Assembly: GCA_043822305.1 (NCBI GenBank)
Contig: JBDRBU010000027.1
Coordinates: forward strand, 1 to 29,473
Source of the DNA: Candidatus Firestoneibacteriota bacterium
GTDB lineage: Bacteria; Oederibacteriota; D2-FULL-39-29; JBDRBU01
Direction: 5' to 3'
Length of the DNA stretch: 29,473 nt
In this document: positions 17,844 through 26,970 of the stretch, piece by piece
Numbering within the stretch: position 1 is the stretch's first letter
Layout: each line of letters starts with the position of its first letter
Program-made: the position numbers and the translations under genes
The notes under the pieces: model-generated
Told to the model about the DNA's origin: nothing
Databases searched by the model: none
The model's input: only the letters and a program-made list of their open reading frames with translations

Positions 17844-18065
17844 TCAAACCTTACAACTGCTACAAGAATTAGCATGACAAGAGTTACAAGAACTTCCGGT
17901 TGAACCTTTGAATTTACTACCAGACTTAAACCCAAATACTGAAATAAGTTTGTGTACATTTTTACTATTACATTCTGGACAAGAAACTTTGCTATAATTA
18001 CTACTAAATACTATATCTTCAAATTTCTTGCTGCATTTTTTACATTTAAATTCGTAAATAGGCAC
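17844..18065 (-). CDS. FmdB-family zinc-ribbon protein
   Basis: MPIYEFKCKKC...FE...CPECNS...KLIS; Cys/Ser-rich tail; GTG start with GAGG SD. Confidence 0.9.
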   Translation of the reverse strand: MPIYEFKCKKCSKKFEDIVFSSNYSKVSCPECNSKNVHKLISVFGFKSGSKFKGSTGSSCNSCHANSCSSCKV

Positions 18066-18088
18066 AAAATAATCCTCACTTAAAAAAT

Positions 18089-18220
18089 TTATTCTCTGCC
18101 ATTACCACATATTACACATTTACAACCATCTCTCTTGAAAATAATTTCTTTTTGCTGTGCTGTAAAGTCCTCAAGTTCTCTTTTTCTTTCCATAGTTGGA
18201 TCATATTTGTATAGTCCCCT
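18089..18220 (-). pseudogene. Remnant of an HNH endonuclease gene
   Basis: RGLYKYDP...RELEDFTAQQKEIIFKRDGCKCVICG resembles the segment before an HNH core; stop occurs before any HNH motif. Confidence 0.6.
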
Positions 18221-18308
18221 TAAAAAGATAATTTTTATTCTATTCGGTCTTGATACATTCCTATCTATATTATACTTATCATAAACATAAAAACCACGTA
18301 TACAAAAT

Positions 18309-18548
18309 TTAATAATTTTTCTCGAGTATATTATGAATTGCCAAGTGGAATTTTTGTTTTTTAACATCTCTCAAATTTATAGCTTTTTCTAATTTATAAA
18401 GTTCCATCTGGTCAATTAAAATCAATTCTCTTCTTCTTGCTTCATTCTCTGATATTTTATAACCAATATTTTCATTTATTTTAGGCCAACTTTTCATTTC
18501 TTTATAGATTTTTTTTAAACCTTCTTGTATTTGTTTTTCAGTCATCAT
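18309..18548 (-). CDS. Small hypothetical protein
   Basis: About 79-aa ORF with AAGGGG SD before MMTEK; no motif recognised. Confidence 0.5.
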   Translation of the reverse strand: MMTEKQIQEGLKKIYKEMKSWPKINENIGYKISENEARRRELILIDQMELYKLEKAINLRDVKKQKFHLAIHNILEKNY

Positions 18549-18586
18549 ATAAGCCCCTTTTATCAATAAAATTCAAATAATTACTC

Positions 18587-19276
18587 CTAAACCTTTTTCA
18601 TAATAAAAAGGTATTTAAATCCTCTTAAATAAAAGTTAAATCGCCTTGCCCTATCATGCCAAATCCCAGTATTTGATGTTTGATTATGTCGTGTTAAACA
18701 AATTATGTCCACTGCTTCAAAATGTTTTATTAATCTTTGCCAAAGCAGGAAACCTGCTGCAGTAAATTTCCTTTTTATCCATTGATCTGCAATTACCCAA
18801 CCCATGACTTTTTCTGGCTTTAATATCCTTGCTATTTCACTTGCAACCTTTTCCAACTCATCATAAAACTTTTTATTTTCGCAGGATATCTTACCAATGC
18901 AATTCAATTCTTCAGAATACTTGATATTATTTGAATATGGTGAATCTATAAAAACAAAATCAACACTATTAGATTCCAACGGAATTGTTCTTGAATCATT
19001 TTTAATAATATCATTACGAACAGAATTTATATCATAACCTATTGCTTTTCGTTTTAATTCTTTCGCAACATCTATTGTTGTTCCGCTTCCACACATAGGA
19101 TCGACTACAAGATCACCTTCTTTTGTATATCGTTGCACCAAATTCCATATCACGAATGCTGGAGTAACACCATTAAACTTATTATCACCGTGTGGTTTAT
19201 TTCCATAATTCTGTTTAGGATAGTCCCAAAGTGTTGTTGATTCAATTACTAAATCTTTTTCCTCTTTGCCTTGCAT
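18587..19276 (-). CDS. Amino (N4-C/N6-A) DNA methyltransferase
   Basis: TTLWDYP, motif I DPMCGSGTT, motif IV DSPY; coupled to the REase (TAATG overlap). Confidence 0.88.
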   Translation of the reverse strand: MQGKEEKDLVIESTTLWDYPKQNYGNKPHGDNKFNGVTPAFVIWNLVQRYTKEGDLVVDPMCGSGTTIDVAKELKRKAIGYDINSVRNDIIKNDSRTIPLESNSVDFVFIDSPYSNNIKYSEELNCIGKISCENKKFYDELEKVASEIARILKPEKVMGWVIADQWIKRKFTAAGFLLWQRLIKHFEAVDIICLTRHNQTSNTGIWHDRARRFNFYLRGFKYLFIMKKV

Positions 19277-19947
19277 TACTTTTTAATCAGTTCCTTTAAG
19301 TCATCTATAAACTTATCAAACATTTTTACTCTGCTGCTCTCTTCAATATTAACTTCGCTTAAAACATAACTTCCGTCAGTATCGACCTCTACAATTGCTC
19401 GTCCCTTTTTTGCAGGTTTTTTAACAGTAAGAGTTCCGTCCTCATCTGGCGTCATAAAGAATACTTTAATATGTTTAGTTATTTCATCGGAAGCAAGCTT
19501 TATCTTCCAATAACCTGTTTGAGCAATTCTTTCTCTTAAAGTTACTTTGCTTGACAAAACTGCAACAATTTTACTGGTATTCGGATTATAAATAATTATG
19601 TCAACATCTGGTAAATGATGACCATACTCACCATAATCAACAAGCAAATTTCTTTTAACCTGATTTAACTCTTTTGATAAGTTAGAACTATTCGTTCTTT
19701 CCAGAGTATTACCATTTACGACTTTTAAACCTAAAGCATTAACCTCATCAACAATAATATATTCAATTAACTTTTCAAGATTTTTCCCTTTAAACGCCTT
19801 CCAAGATTGTTCGTGATCATCTCCTTCAAAATCTTTTTTGTGTTGCCCTTTAGCTTCTTTTAATACATTAGAAATATGTCTATATGCTTGCAATCCATAT
19901 TTAGTTTTCTTCTTTTCATATATTTTAATTAAGTCTTTTATGGTCAT
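19276..19947 (-). CDS. Type II restriction endonuclease, BsaWI-like (CCGG-family PD-(D/E)XK)
   Basis: QSWKAFKGKNLE, LPDVD, SSKVTLRERIAQTGYWK; lies between two MTases. Confidence 0.8.
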   Translation of the reverse strand: MTIKDLIKIYEKKKTKYGLQAYRHISNVLKEAKGQHKKDFEGDDHEQSWKAFKGKNLEKLIEYIIVDEVNALGLKVVNGNTLERTNSSNLSKELNQVKRNLLVDYGEYGHHLPDVDIIIYNPNTSKIVAVLSSKVTLRERIAQTGYWKIKLASDEITKHIKVFFMTPDEDGTLTVKKPAKKGRAIVEVDTDGSYVLSEVNIEESSRVKMFDKFIDDLKELIKK

Positions 19948-21278
19948 ACTTTCTCCATTATTACTATATATTCCGTCGGATATGCATATATTTTATTTTT
20001 ACTTCCAATACTTGCAAATCTTCCAGTTTTTTTATCCCTGGTTGACGGAAGATTTTTTGAAGGTATTTCACGCTTTATAATGTCATATATCGTGAATCCT
20101 AAGTTTTGCAATTGTTCTGTAAATACTTCGGCATTTAATATTTCCACACCCTTTAAATTAGTATTTCCTATTACAATACAAGTTTTACCACCCTTCTTTA
20201 GAATCCTTTTTATTTCACAAAATACTTGATTCATCTCTCCAAAATATGTTGAAACTTCTTCTGAAGTACTTTTATCTTTAACAAACAATTGATCCTTTAT
20301 GCTTTCGGCAATTTCACTATTTAAATCAACCCCATTTTTTACATTATAAGAAGTACCTATAAATCTCTTTCTAAAATCACTCAAGTCTTTCGTATAATCA
20401 AACCATAATGCAGTAAGTTGATGTAAATCAGCATATTCATAAGAAGTCACATAAGGTGGTGATGTTACTATTAAACAAACCGAATTATCTTGAGTTGGAA
20501 TATCTCTTGCATCTTTACAATAAATTTTACACGGTATATTCAAAAATTCTCTGGTTTTTAATAAATTATAAATATTTGCATTCCCTCTACTCATCATTTT
20601 TACTTGTTTGAGAAATATACTAATAGGGTCAGAGGGTGTTTTCTTTAAATCTCTTGTTGGCTTATTGCTTTTTTGCATCCATATAGAACAATTTTTTAAA
20701 ATATTTGAAAATCCACAATAAAAATAGTCTCTTATATCTTGGTCTTTTAATTTTGAGATTATTGAGAAAATATAAGTAAGTTTTTTCTTTTCTTCTGGTT
20801 TAAACCAATAATCAATTCTTTCGTGTGTTGAGGTATGTATTTTAAGATTCTTATTATATGCATTTATCTTGTATTTTATATCTATAATCTGTTTTTCTAA
20901 TTTTAATGGATTTATAGCCGTAATTTTTGCTTTCGTAATTAAGACTGCAACAGGATTTATATCTACCCCTATTGAATGCCGACCCATTACTTTTGATTCT
21001 ACTAAAGTTGTTCCACAACCAGCAAAAGGATCCACAACAATTTCATTTTCTTTAGTGTATTTTTCAACTAAACGAGAAACAATTTGAGGAATAAACTTTG
21101 CCGGATAGCGATGGTACCCATGAGTTAAATATGCTGTATCCTTTCTTGTCTTATCAGAAAAAGCCCAGGCATTATTAATTTTTACTTCTTTAAATAACCT
21201 TATAATGTCTAAATAACTTAACCCATTAGATTTTTCACTTTTTTTTATTAAACAATTTTGGTTTATGACCACTCTCAT
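19944..21278 (-). CDS. N4-cytosine DNA methyltransferase
   Basis: THGYHRYPAKFIPQ, DPFAGCGTT, IVTSPPY; ATGA overlap with the REase. Confidence 0.9.
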   Translation of the reverse strand: MRVVINQNCLIKKSEKSNGLSYLDIIRLFKEVKINNAWAFSDKTRKDTAYLTHGYHRYPAKFIPQIVSRLVEKYTKENEIVVDPFAGCGTTLVESKVMGRHSIGVDINPVAVLITKAKITAINPLKLEKQIIDIKYKINAYNKNLKIHTSTHERIDYWFKPEEKKKLTYIFSIISKLKDQDIRDYFYCGFSNILKNCSIWMQKSNKPTRDLKKTPSDPISIFLKQVKMMSRGNANIYNLLKTREFLNIPCKIYCKDARDIPTQDNSVCLIVTSPPYVTSYEYADLHQLTALWFDYTKDLSDFRKRFIGTSYNVKNGVDLNSEIAESIKDQLFVKDKSTSEEVSTYFGEMNQVFCEIKRILKKGGKTCIVIGNTNLKGVEILNAEVFTEQLQNLGFTIYDIIKREIPSKNLPSTRDKKTGRFASIGSKNKIYAYPTEYIVIMEKV

Positions 21279-21491
21279 CTTTTTTAATTCCTATTAATTC
21301 TTTTAATTATAATGCTCTATATTCTTATTAATTATTATAGCCCTATTTTGCTAATTCATAAAATACTTTCTCACTCTTTTCGTATAAAAGAGCTTTTTCT
21401 TTTACTTGCTTTTGGCGTTTATTGGCTTTTATTTGATATTTTTTTATCATGTTGTTATTTCCATTATTTCAACTATACAAAATATTTTAGA

Positions 21492-21638
21492 TTTTAGTAA
21501 ATATGTAAGTATTCAGTGAACATCGTTACCTTGCATTTAAACTTTGGAGTGCAAAATCGGTGATTTTGCATAATAAAATCATTGAGATTATTTCACTCCC
21601 CGTTCACAATGACGGTGTTCAGCAAGGATTTACTAAAA
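21492..21638. repeat. Nested inverted-repeat element (MITE/REP-like, degenerate)
   Basis: TTTTAGTAAAT (21492-21502) / ATTTACTAAAA (21628-21638); TGAACATCGTTA (21517-21528) / TGACGGTGTTCA (21610-21621), 10/12; central TGCAAAATC-GGT-GATTTTGCA (21550-21570). Confidence 0.55.
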
Positions 21639-21648
21639 ACCATTTTGG

Positions 21649-21864
21649 TTATACAAGTGTAAGATTCTCTAATTCTATTTTTGGTTCTTCTTTTTTAAAT
21701 CCTAAATGAATCGAAGCGTCTAAAATTTCAATCCCTATTATCTCTTCACTTGGACCTAAGTCAATAGCAATATCCTCATTAATACGAATTGTTGTAACCT
21801 GCGTTTTCTCTTTTTTAAATGAAATATAAGCTGCATCAACCTGTGGATCATATTTAATTTTCAT
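21649..21864 (-). CDS. DUF2283 family protein (putative antitoxin)
   Basis: MKIKYDPQVDAAYISF...IIGIEILDAS. Confidence 0.88.
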   Translation of the reverse strand: MKIKYDPQVDAAYISFKKEKTQVTTIRINEDIAIDLGPSEEIIGIEILDASIHLGFKKEEPKIELENLTLV

Positions 21865-21867
21865 TTT

Positions 21868-22131
21868 TTACTCACCTCCAAAATAAAAAACATATACAGT
21901 TATAATTATATCTTGATTTATGTCTTCTTTCACAATAGGCATAACTTGTTTAATTTTATAATATTTTCCTTTCCAGATTGAATTAAAAATAAAATTTTTT
22001 CGAAATGCAATTCGACCCTTTTCAACAGACATTCGCTCTCCAATCTGGATTGCAATCTTTATTTCTTCTTGTGTTGCACCCCTATCTTCTAACTGCTCTA
22101 AACTATGTTTAGAAAAAACAACTTCTTTCAT
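21868..22131 (-). CDS. DUF4258 family protein (putative RelE-like toxin)
   Basis: FSKHSLEQLEDRG...IIITVY; directly upstream of the DUF2283 gene. Confidence 0.78.
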   Translation of the reverse strand: MKEVVFSKHSLEQLEDRGATQEEIKIAIQIGERMSVEKGRIAFRKNFIFNSIWKGKYYKIKQVMPIVKEDINQDIIITVYVFYFGGE

Positions 22132-22181
22132 ATAATCTTTCTATTTCAGTAAGTATTTACTCTTAATCTCCTTATCCAAAA

Positions 22182-23135
22182 CTACTCACCATAAAGATAA
22201 CTAAAACCATTATGAAAAAATTTACTAAGAATATTGTCTAGATTATTATCATTATCTCCTATTAGATATTCTAAAAAAGAAATTTTTTTTCTTTCTTCAA
22301 CAATCTCAGGCTCCCCCTTTATACCTGAAATCATGGCAGCATATGATTTAGCATCATCCATTGTACCAAGTTCATCCACTAATCCTAATTCTTTTGCTTG
22401 CTTACCTGAAAAAATTCTTCCATCTGCAATTTTTAAAATTTCATTTTTCATATCTTCTCTAGTAGGCTTTTTAATGCCTTTTTCTTTAATTAACTTACTT
22501 CTTAAAATATCTTTTCTGCCATCTACTATTGCATCTACAAACTGATGATAAACATCATCTATCACTTCTTGAAGCAGCTTTTGCTCTTCAGATGTTAGTT
22601 TTCTTGACGAAGAACCAATATCCTTGTATTTGCCACTTTTTACAACTTCTAACTTTATACCAATCTTATTAAGTAATCCTTCCAGGTTAACAAACTCCAT
22701 TATTACTCCAATACTCCCGGCCAGAGTTCCCGGATTTGCAAATATTCTATCGGCCACACAGGCAATATAGTAACCTCCAGAAGCAACAACACTGCCACAG
22801 GAAACTATAACTTTCTTGCCTTCAGATCTAACATTTTTAATCTCTTCAACTATCTCTTGCGTTGGAGCAACGGCACCGCCTGGTGAATCTATCCTTAAAA
22901 TAATGGATTTTATTGTTCCATCTTTCTTGAATCTCTTTAAATTATTAACAATTGGTTTAGAATTATATATTGGACCTGTTATATATATAACACCTATTCT
23001 CTTTCCGGGTAAAATGTTAACTCTCTCCCCAAGAGTAAATGAAGAAGCGAACATTAATCTTAATATATTTAATATTACTATGGCACAGATCAAAATCACA
23101 ATAAATCTTAACACGGCCAATTTACTGTTTTCCAT
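22182..23135 (-). CDS. sppA: Signal peptide peptidase SppA (36K type)
   Basis: RIDSPGG, ASGGYYIA, GSIGV, KSGKYKD, DGRIFSG, LGLVDELG; start taken at MENSK. Confidence 0.94.
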   Translation of the reverse strand: MENSKLAVLRFIVILICAIVILNILRLMFASSFTLGERVNILPGKRIGVIYITGPIYNSKPIVNNLKRFKKDGTIKSIILRIDSPGGAVAPTQEIVEEIKNVRSEGKKVIVSCGSVVASGGYYIACVADRIFANPGTLAGSIGVIMEFVNLEGLLNKIGIKLEVVKSGKYKDIGSSSRKLTSEEQKLLQEVIDDVYHQFVDAIVDGRKDILRSKLIKEKGIKKPTREDMKNEILKIADGRIFSGKQAKELGLVDELGTMDDAKSYAAMISGIKGEPEIVEERKKISFLEYLIGDNDNNLDNILSKFFHNGFSYLYGE

Positions 23136-23158
23136 TTTAATCATCTCCTTAAGTTTTA

Positions 23159-24835
23159 TCATTTATTTAAAACATCACCAAAAGTTGATTTCACTTCATT
23201 TGAATTATTATATTTTTTCAACTCTTCCTTTTTTAAGTCTAGATTATACTCCTTTATACTTAAATTTATCTTCCTGTTTTCTAAATCTAATTTTATAATC
23301 TTTGCTTTTTTTATATCACCAACTTTAACTACATCCTCAATCTTTGTTACTGCTTCTTCTAAAAGTTCTGATATATGTATAAACCCCTCTAAATCCTTCT
23401 CAAGATCAACAAATACTCCAAAATTAGCCAATTTTGTGACCTTACAGTCTACAACAGTTCCTACTTTGTATTTCTCTGGAATATAATATTTCCACGGGTC
23501 CGGCACTAATTGTTTTGTCCCAACATTAGTTCTTCTGTTCATTCTATCAATACTTAAAATTACAACTTCAACTTTTTCGCCTTTTCTAAATAAACCTTTT
23601 AAAGAACTAAATCTTATCGTCCACGAGATATCTCTTTTATGTAAAAATCCTTCAATCCCTCCCTCTAATTCTAAAAGTATTCCAGAGGCACTATATCCTG
23701 TAACCAAACCAATCACTTTTGAATCAACTGTAAACTTTTTTTCCGCATCAATAAAAGGATCGGTTTCTAATTGTTTTAAACCGAACAAAATTTTTCTGTT
23801 TTCCTTGTCAATGTTTAAAATTTTAACCTCAATATTATCACCCACGGCTAAAATTTCTGAAGGAATCTTTAAACTCTTCGTCCAGGATATATCTGAAATA
23901 TGAAGCAACCCTTCAATTCCTTCTTCTAACTTAATAAAGGCGCCATAGTCAACTATATTTACAATCTTTCCTTGGGCTTTAGAACCAATAGAATATTTCT
24001 CTTCTATCTTACTCCAGGGATCTTCTAACAATTGTTTTAATCCAAAAGACATTCTCTTTTTTTCTCTATCAATTTTTATTATCTTAATTTCTATAATACT
24101 ATCTATAACAAGAATCTCTGCTGGGTGTGCTACCTTTCCCCAGGATATATCTGAAATATGAAGTAATCCTGTTACACCATTAACATCTACAAAAGCACCA
24201 TATGAAGTTATACTTTTTACAACTCCCTTAACTAGATCTCCTTCTTTTAAATTGTCCCATGTTTCTTTTTGAACTCTTTTATTTTTATCTTTTAAGGCAA
24301 CCTTATGGGAAAGTATAATTTCTCCTTTTTCCCTACCAAATTTAATGACTTTTACCGGGATTACTTTACCTATTGCATTTTCAATACCACCAACTTCCTC
24401 TAATGAAAGTTGAGAATTAGGTAAAAATGCCTCAACACCTGCATTAACAATATAACCTCCTCTTATTTCTCTTATTATCTTACCATCAAGCACATCCTTA
24501 TCTTTATATGCCCTTTCTAATGTATCAACACTTTTCAACATGTCTGCTTTAAATTTAGATAAGACTAATAAACCTTCCTTATCCTCTATTCTATCTACAA
24601 CTACATCTACTTCATCTCCTACGGCTATATTAATTTCTCCTCTTCCATTCATAAATTCATTTATGGGTATTACTCCGTCAGATTTATAACCTACATCGAC
24701 AAAAATACCTTCTTTACTAACTTTTATTACCTTAGCCTTTATCAATTTACCTTCCTCAAGAACAGCAAAACTTTCGGATAGTACCGTTTCCATATTATAG
24801 TCTTCTTTTTTAATATTTCCTTCATTTTCTATCAT
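23159..24835 (-). CDS. rpsA: 30S ribosomal protein S1 (six S1 domains)
   Basis: VDVGYKSDG; repeated YGAFV...GLLHISDISW and LKQL..DPW. Confidence 0.96.
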   Translation of the reverse strand: MIENEGNIKKEDYNMETVLSESFAVLEEGKLIKAKVIKVSKEGIFVDVGYKSDGVIPINEFMNGRGEINIAVGDEVDVVVDRIEDKEGLLVLSKFKADMLKSVDTLERAYKDKDVLDGKIIREIRGGYIVNAGVEAFLPNSQLSLEEVGGIENAIGKVIPVKVIKFGREKGEIILSHKVALKDKNKRVQKETWDNLKEGDLVKGVVKSITSYGAFVDVNGVTGLLHISDISWGKVAHPAEILVIDSIIEIKIIKIDREKKRMSFGLKQLLEDPWSKIEEKYSIGSKAQGKIVNIVDYGAFIKLEEGIEGLLHISDISWTKSLKIPSEILAVGDNIEVKILNIDKENRKILFGLKQLETDPFIDAEKKFTVDSKVIGLVTGYSASGILLELEGGIEGFLHKRDISWTIRFSSLKGLFRKGEKVEVVILSIDRMNRRTNVGTKQLVPDPWKYYIPEKYKVGTVVDCKVTKLANFGVFVDLEKDLEGFIHISELLEEAVTKIEDVVKVGDIKKAKIIKLDLENRKINLSIKEYNLDLKKEELKKYNNSNEVKSTFGDVLNK

Positions 24836-24867
24836 AATCTCTCCTCTTTCCTGTCAAAACACAGGTG

Positions 24868-25743
24868 TTATATTTTGAGCCTTTTTAAATTTTTTACAAC
24901 CTCATTAATTACCCAGTCTGGAGTAGATGCACCGGCTGTAATACCTACCCTCTTTTTTCCTTTAAACCAATCTTTTTTCAAATCCAAAGAACTTTCAATA
25001 TGATATGTGGGAACAGCAGTAGATTCACACACCTCCGCTAAATGCTTTGTATTTGCACTATTGTAACCACCAATAACAATTATTATATCAACTTTCTTTG
25101 TTAATTTCAAGGATGAATTTTGCCTTTTTTTAGTTGCATCACATATAGTATTAAATATTTTTAATTCATTTGATTTTTCCAATAAACACATAACAATATT
25201 CTTAAAATTTTCAGGAGATTGGGTTGTTTGAACAACTATACCTATTCTCTGTAATTTTGGTAATTTCTTTACTTCACATACACTCCCAATTACAATCGCT
25301 TTATTTTTATTATGGATTCTATTTGCAGATTTCTCTAACTGGGTAAAACCACGGATACCTTTTACCTCCGGATGCTCACTTTCTCCTATAACTATAACTT
25401 GATAACCTTCTGTAGTAAGTTGTTTTGCAAACTTTTGAGCTTTTTTAACAAAAGGACAAGTTGCATCAATAATTTTAAGTTTTTTCTTTTTAAATTCTTT
25501 CACTTTATCCGGGGAAACTCCATGAGTTCTAATTATAATCGAACTCCCTTCTTTGATTCTTGATACATCCTCTACAGCAATTATCCCTTTCCTTTTAAAT
25601 TCAGTAACTACCTGAGGATTGTGAATTATAGGTCCGAATGTACAAACTTTCCCTTTTGTGTTTTTTGCTGTTTCTCCAGCTAAATTTATAGCCCTTTTAA
25701 CTCCAAAACAAAAACCTGCATTTTCTGCAAGATAAACCTTCAT
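24868..25743 (-). CDS. ispH: 4-hydroxy-3-methylbut-2-enyl diphosphate reductase
   Basis: AGFCFGVKRA, IIHNPQV, DATCPFV, HPEV, QTT, TICDAT..RQ, SAN, TAGASTP. Confidence 0.97.
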   Translation of the reverse strand: MKVYLAENAGFCFGVKRAINLAGETAKNTKGKVCTFGPIIHNPQVVTEFKRKGIIAVEDVSRIKEGSSIIIRTHGVSPDKVKEFKKKKLKIIDATCPFVKKAQKFAKQLTTEGYQVIVIGESEHPEVKGIRGFTQLEKSANRIHNKNKAIVIGSVCEVKKLPKLQRIGIVVQTTQSPENFKNIVMCLLEKSNELKIFNTICDATKKRQNSSLKLTKKVDIIIVIGGYNSANTKHLAEVCESTAVPTYHIESSLDLKKDWFKGKKRVGITAGASTPDWVINEVVKNLKRLKI

Positions 25744-26351
25744 ACCTCTCCAATCCTTTTTATGCTTTCCATAACATCATTAACTATTTTTTGATAAACT
25801 TCTTTAGACTCATTTAATTTACATATTTCGGAAAAATCTAAAGGGCTACCAAACCTAACCGTTATCCTGTGAAATTTTACAAATTTTGCTCCTTTTGGAA
25901 ATATCTTAAATGTTCCATCTATGCAACATGGAATCACCGGAACTTTCGCACTATGCACTAACATACCAATTCCAGGTTTTCCTCTTTGCAATTTACCATC
26001 TATACTTCTTGTTCCTTCCGGAAAGGCTAAAAGTGCTTCACCTTTGTTCAAAATTTCTAAGGCCCTTTCTAACCCTCCTCGAAATCCTACTCCTCTACTC
26101 ATAGGAATCATATGCCATCCTTTAAATATAAAATTGATAAAGAAGTTTTTAAATAAGGTATCTCTAGCTAAATAATAAATTTTCCTGTTAGTCATAGCTG
26201 CTCCTATCGCGGGGGGATCTAAAAAACTAATATGATTAGCCAGTATTAAAACTGCTCCTTTTTTAGGGATATTTTCTAAACCATAAACTTTTAATCTAAA
26301 AAATAATTTAGCAATTATATAAAATATAACATAAAAAATTGAGTAAATCAT
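25740..26351 (-). CDS. plsC: 1-acyl-sn-glycerol-3-phosphate acyltransferase
   Basis: NHISFLDP and FPEGTRS motifs; ATGA overlap with ispH. Confidence 0.9.
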   Translation of the reverse strand: MIYSIFYVIFYIIAKLFFRLKVYGLENIPKKGAVLILANHISFLDPPAIGAAMTNRKIYYLARDTLFKNFFINFIFKGWHMIPMSRGVGFRGGLERALEILNKGEALLAFPEGTRSIDGKLQRGKPGIGMLVHSAKVPVIPCCIDGTFKIFPKGAKFVKFHRITVRFGSPLDFSEICKLNESKEVYQKIVNDVMESIKRIGEV

Positions 26352-26432
26352 ATATTGATCATACAGCAAAAAGGAGGATTAAGCAAGAATTAAAATAGGG
26401 ACAGCGACTATTTTTTATACTTTCCTTGTGGG

Positions 26433-26717
26433 TTAATATACAAAAAAAATGCTTCTTTTAGTGCAAACAAGTTTTATGCTTTTTTTATTCTCATTGTTAA
26501 TCAATAAGTTAAGCGAGTAGCTTCCTTCTGTCAAATTTGCACCTTCATCATTTTTCCCATCCCAAAATAAAATTCCTTTTTCATTGATTTCTTCTTTTTT
26601 AAAAGTTCTCACTATCTCACCATGCTTATCACATATATTTAATATAAGACTACCAACTAAATTACTGATTTTAATATCTTTATTTTGCCCAAAGACAAAA
26701 GGATTTGGAGATATCAA
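26433..26717 (-). CDS. Stand-alone FlgD-Ig / C-terminal sorting-like domain (possibly a gene fragment)
   Basis: SPNPF...I.D..GEIVRT...WDGKNDEG...GSY; only a TTG start and no clear SD. Confidence 0.55.
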   Translation of the reverse strand: MISPNPFVFGQNKDIKISNLVGSLILNICDKHGEIVRTFKKEEINEKGILFWDGKNDEGANLTEGSYSLNLLINNENKKSIKLVCTKRSIFFVY

Positions 26718-26804
26718 TATAGATTCAACTGATTTATTTTTTGTAATCGATGATGAACTGTAATCTGTGCTTCATTTAAAAGCACAGCCATCCACATTAT
26801 TATG

Positions 26805-26881
26805 TGGCGCGCCCGAGAGGAATCGAACCTCCAGCCTTCTGATTCGAAGTCAGCCGCTCTATCCAGCTGAGCTACGGGCGC
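26805..26881 (-). tRNA. tRNA-Arg (anticodon UCG)
   Basis: GCGCCCGTAGCTCAGCTGGATAGAGCGGCTGACTTCGAATCAGAAGGCTGGAGGTTCGATTCCTCTCGGGCGCGCCA; cloverleaf with encoded CCA. Confidence 0.97.
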
Positions 26882-26891
26882 CCTTACTAAA

Positions 26892-26920
26892 ATTATAGCA
26901 GATTTAATTGCTTTTAGCAA
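26892..26920 (-). promoter_or_regulatory. Sigma70 promoter for tRNA-Arg
   Basis: TTGCTA-17 bp-TATAAT with extended -10 TG, 10 nt before the mature tRNA 5' end. Confidence 0.65.
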
Positions 26921-26970
26921 ATAATTCGGCTATAACAATATTGATAGTTTTGACATAATGGATACTAGAT

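Noticed and set aside
18221..18367. N-terminal half of the 92-aa ORF as real coding sequence
   Set aside because: It overlaps the upstream ORF and AT-rich intergenic-like DNA; only the last about 43 codons resemble a protein family
21343..21450. 35-codon minus-strand ORF (MIKKYQIKANK...) as an R-M controller protein
   Set aside because: Too short and no HTH pattern; the overlapping 61-aa plus-strand ORF is also unsupported
22440..22515. About 19-aa extra segment in SppA (DILRSKLIKEKGIKKPTREDM) as another repeat insertion
   Set aside because: The DNA is AT-rich like the host gene, with no hairpin or TTTAC boundary; probably a lineage-specific helix
26765..26787. CTGTGCTT/AAGCACAG hairpin after the tRNA as an intrinsic terminator
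   Set aside because: The 8-bp stem is real but no U-tract follows on the tRNA strand
26714..26920. 68-aa ORF
   Set aside because: It is a translation of the tRNA-Arg gene and its promoter
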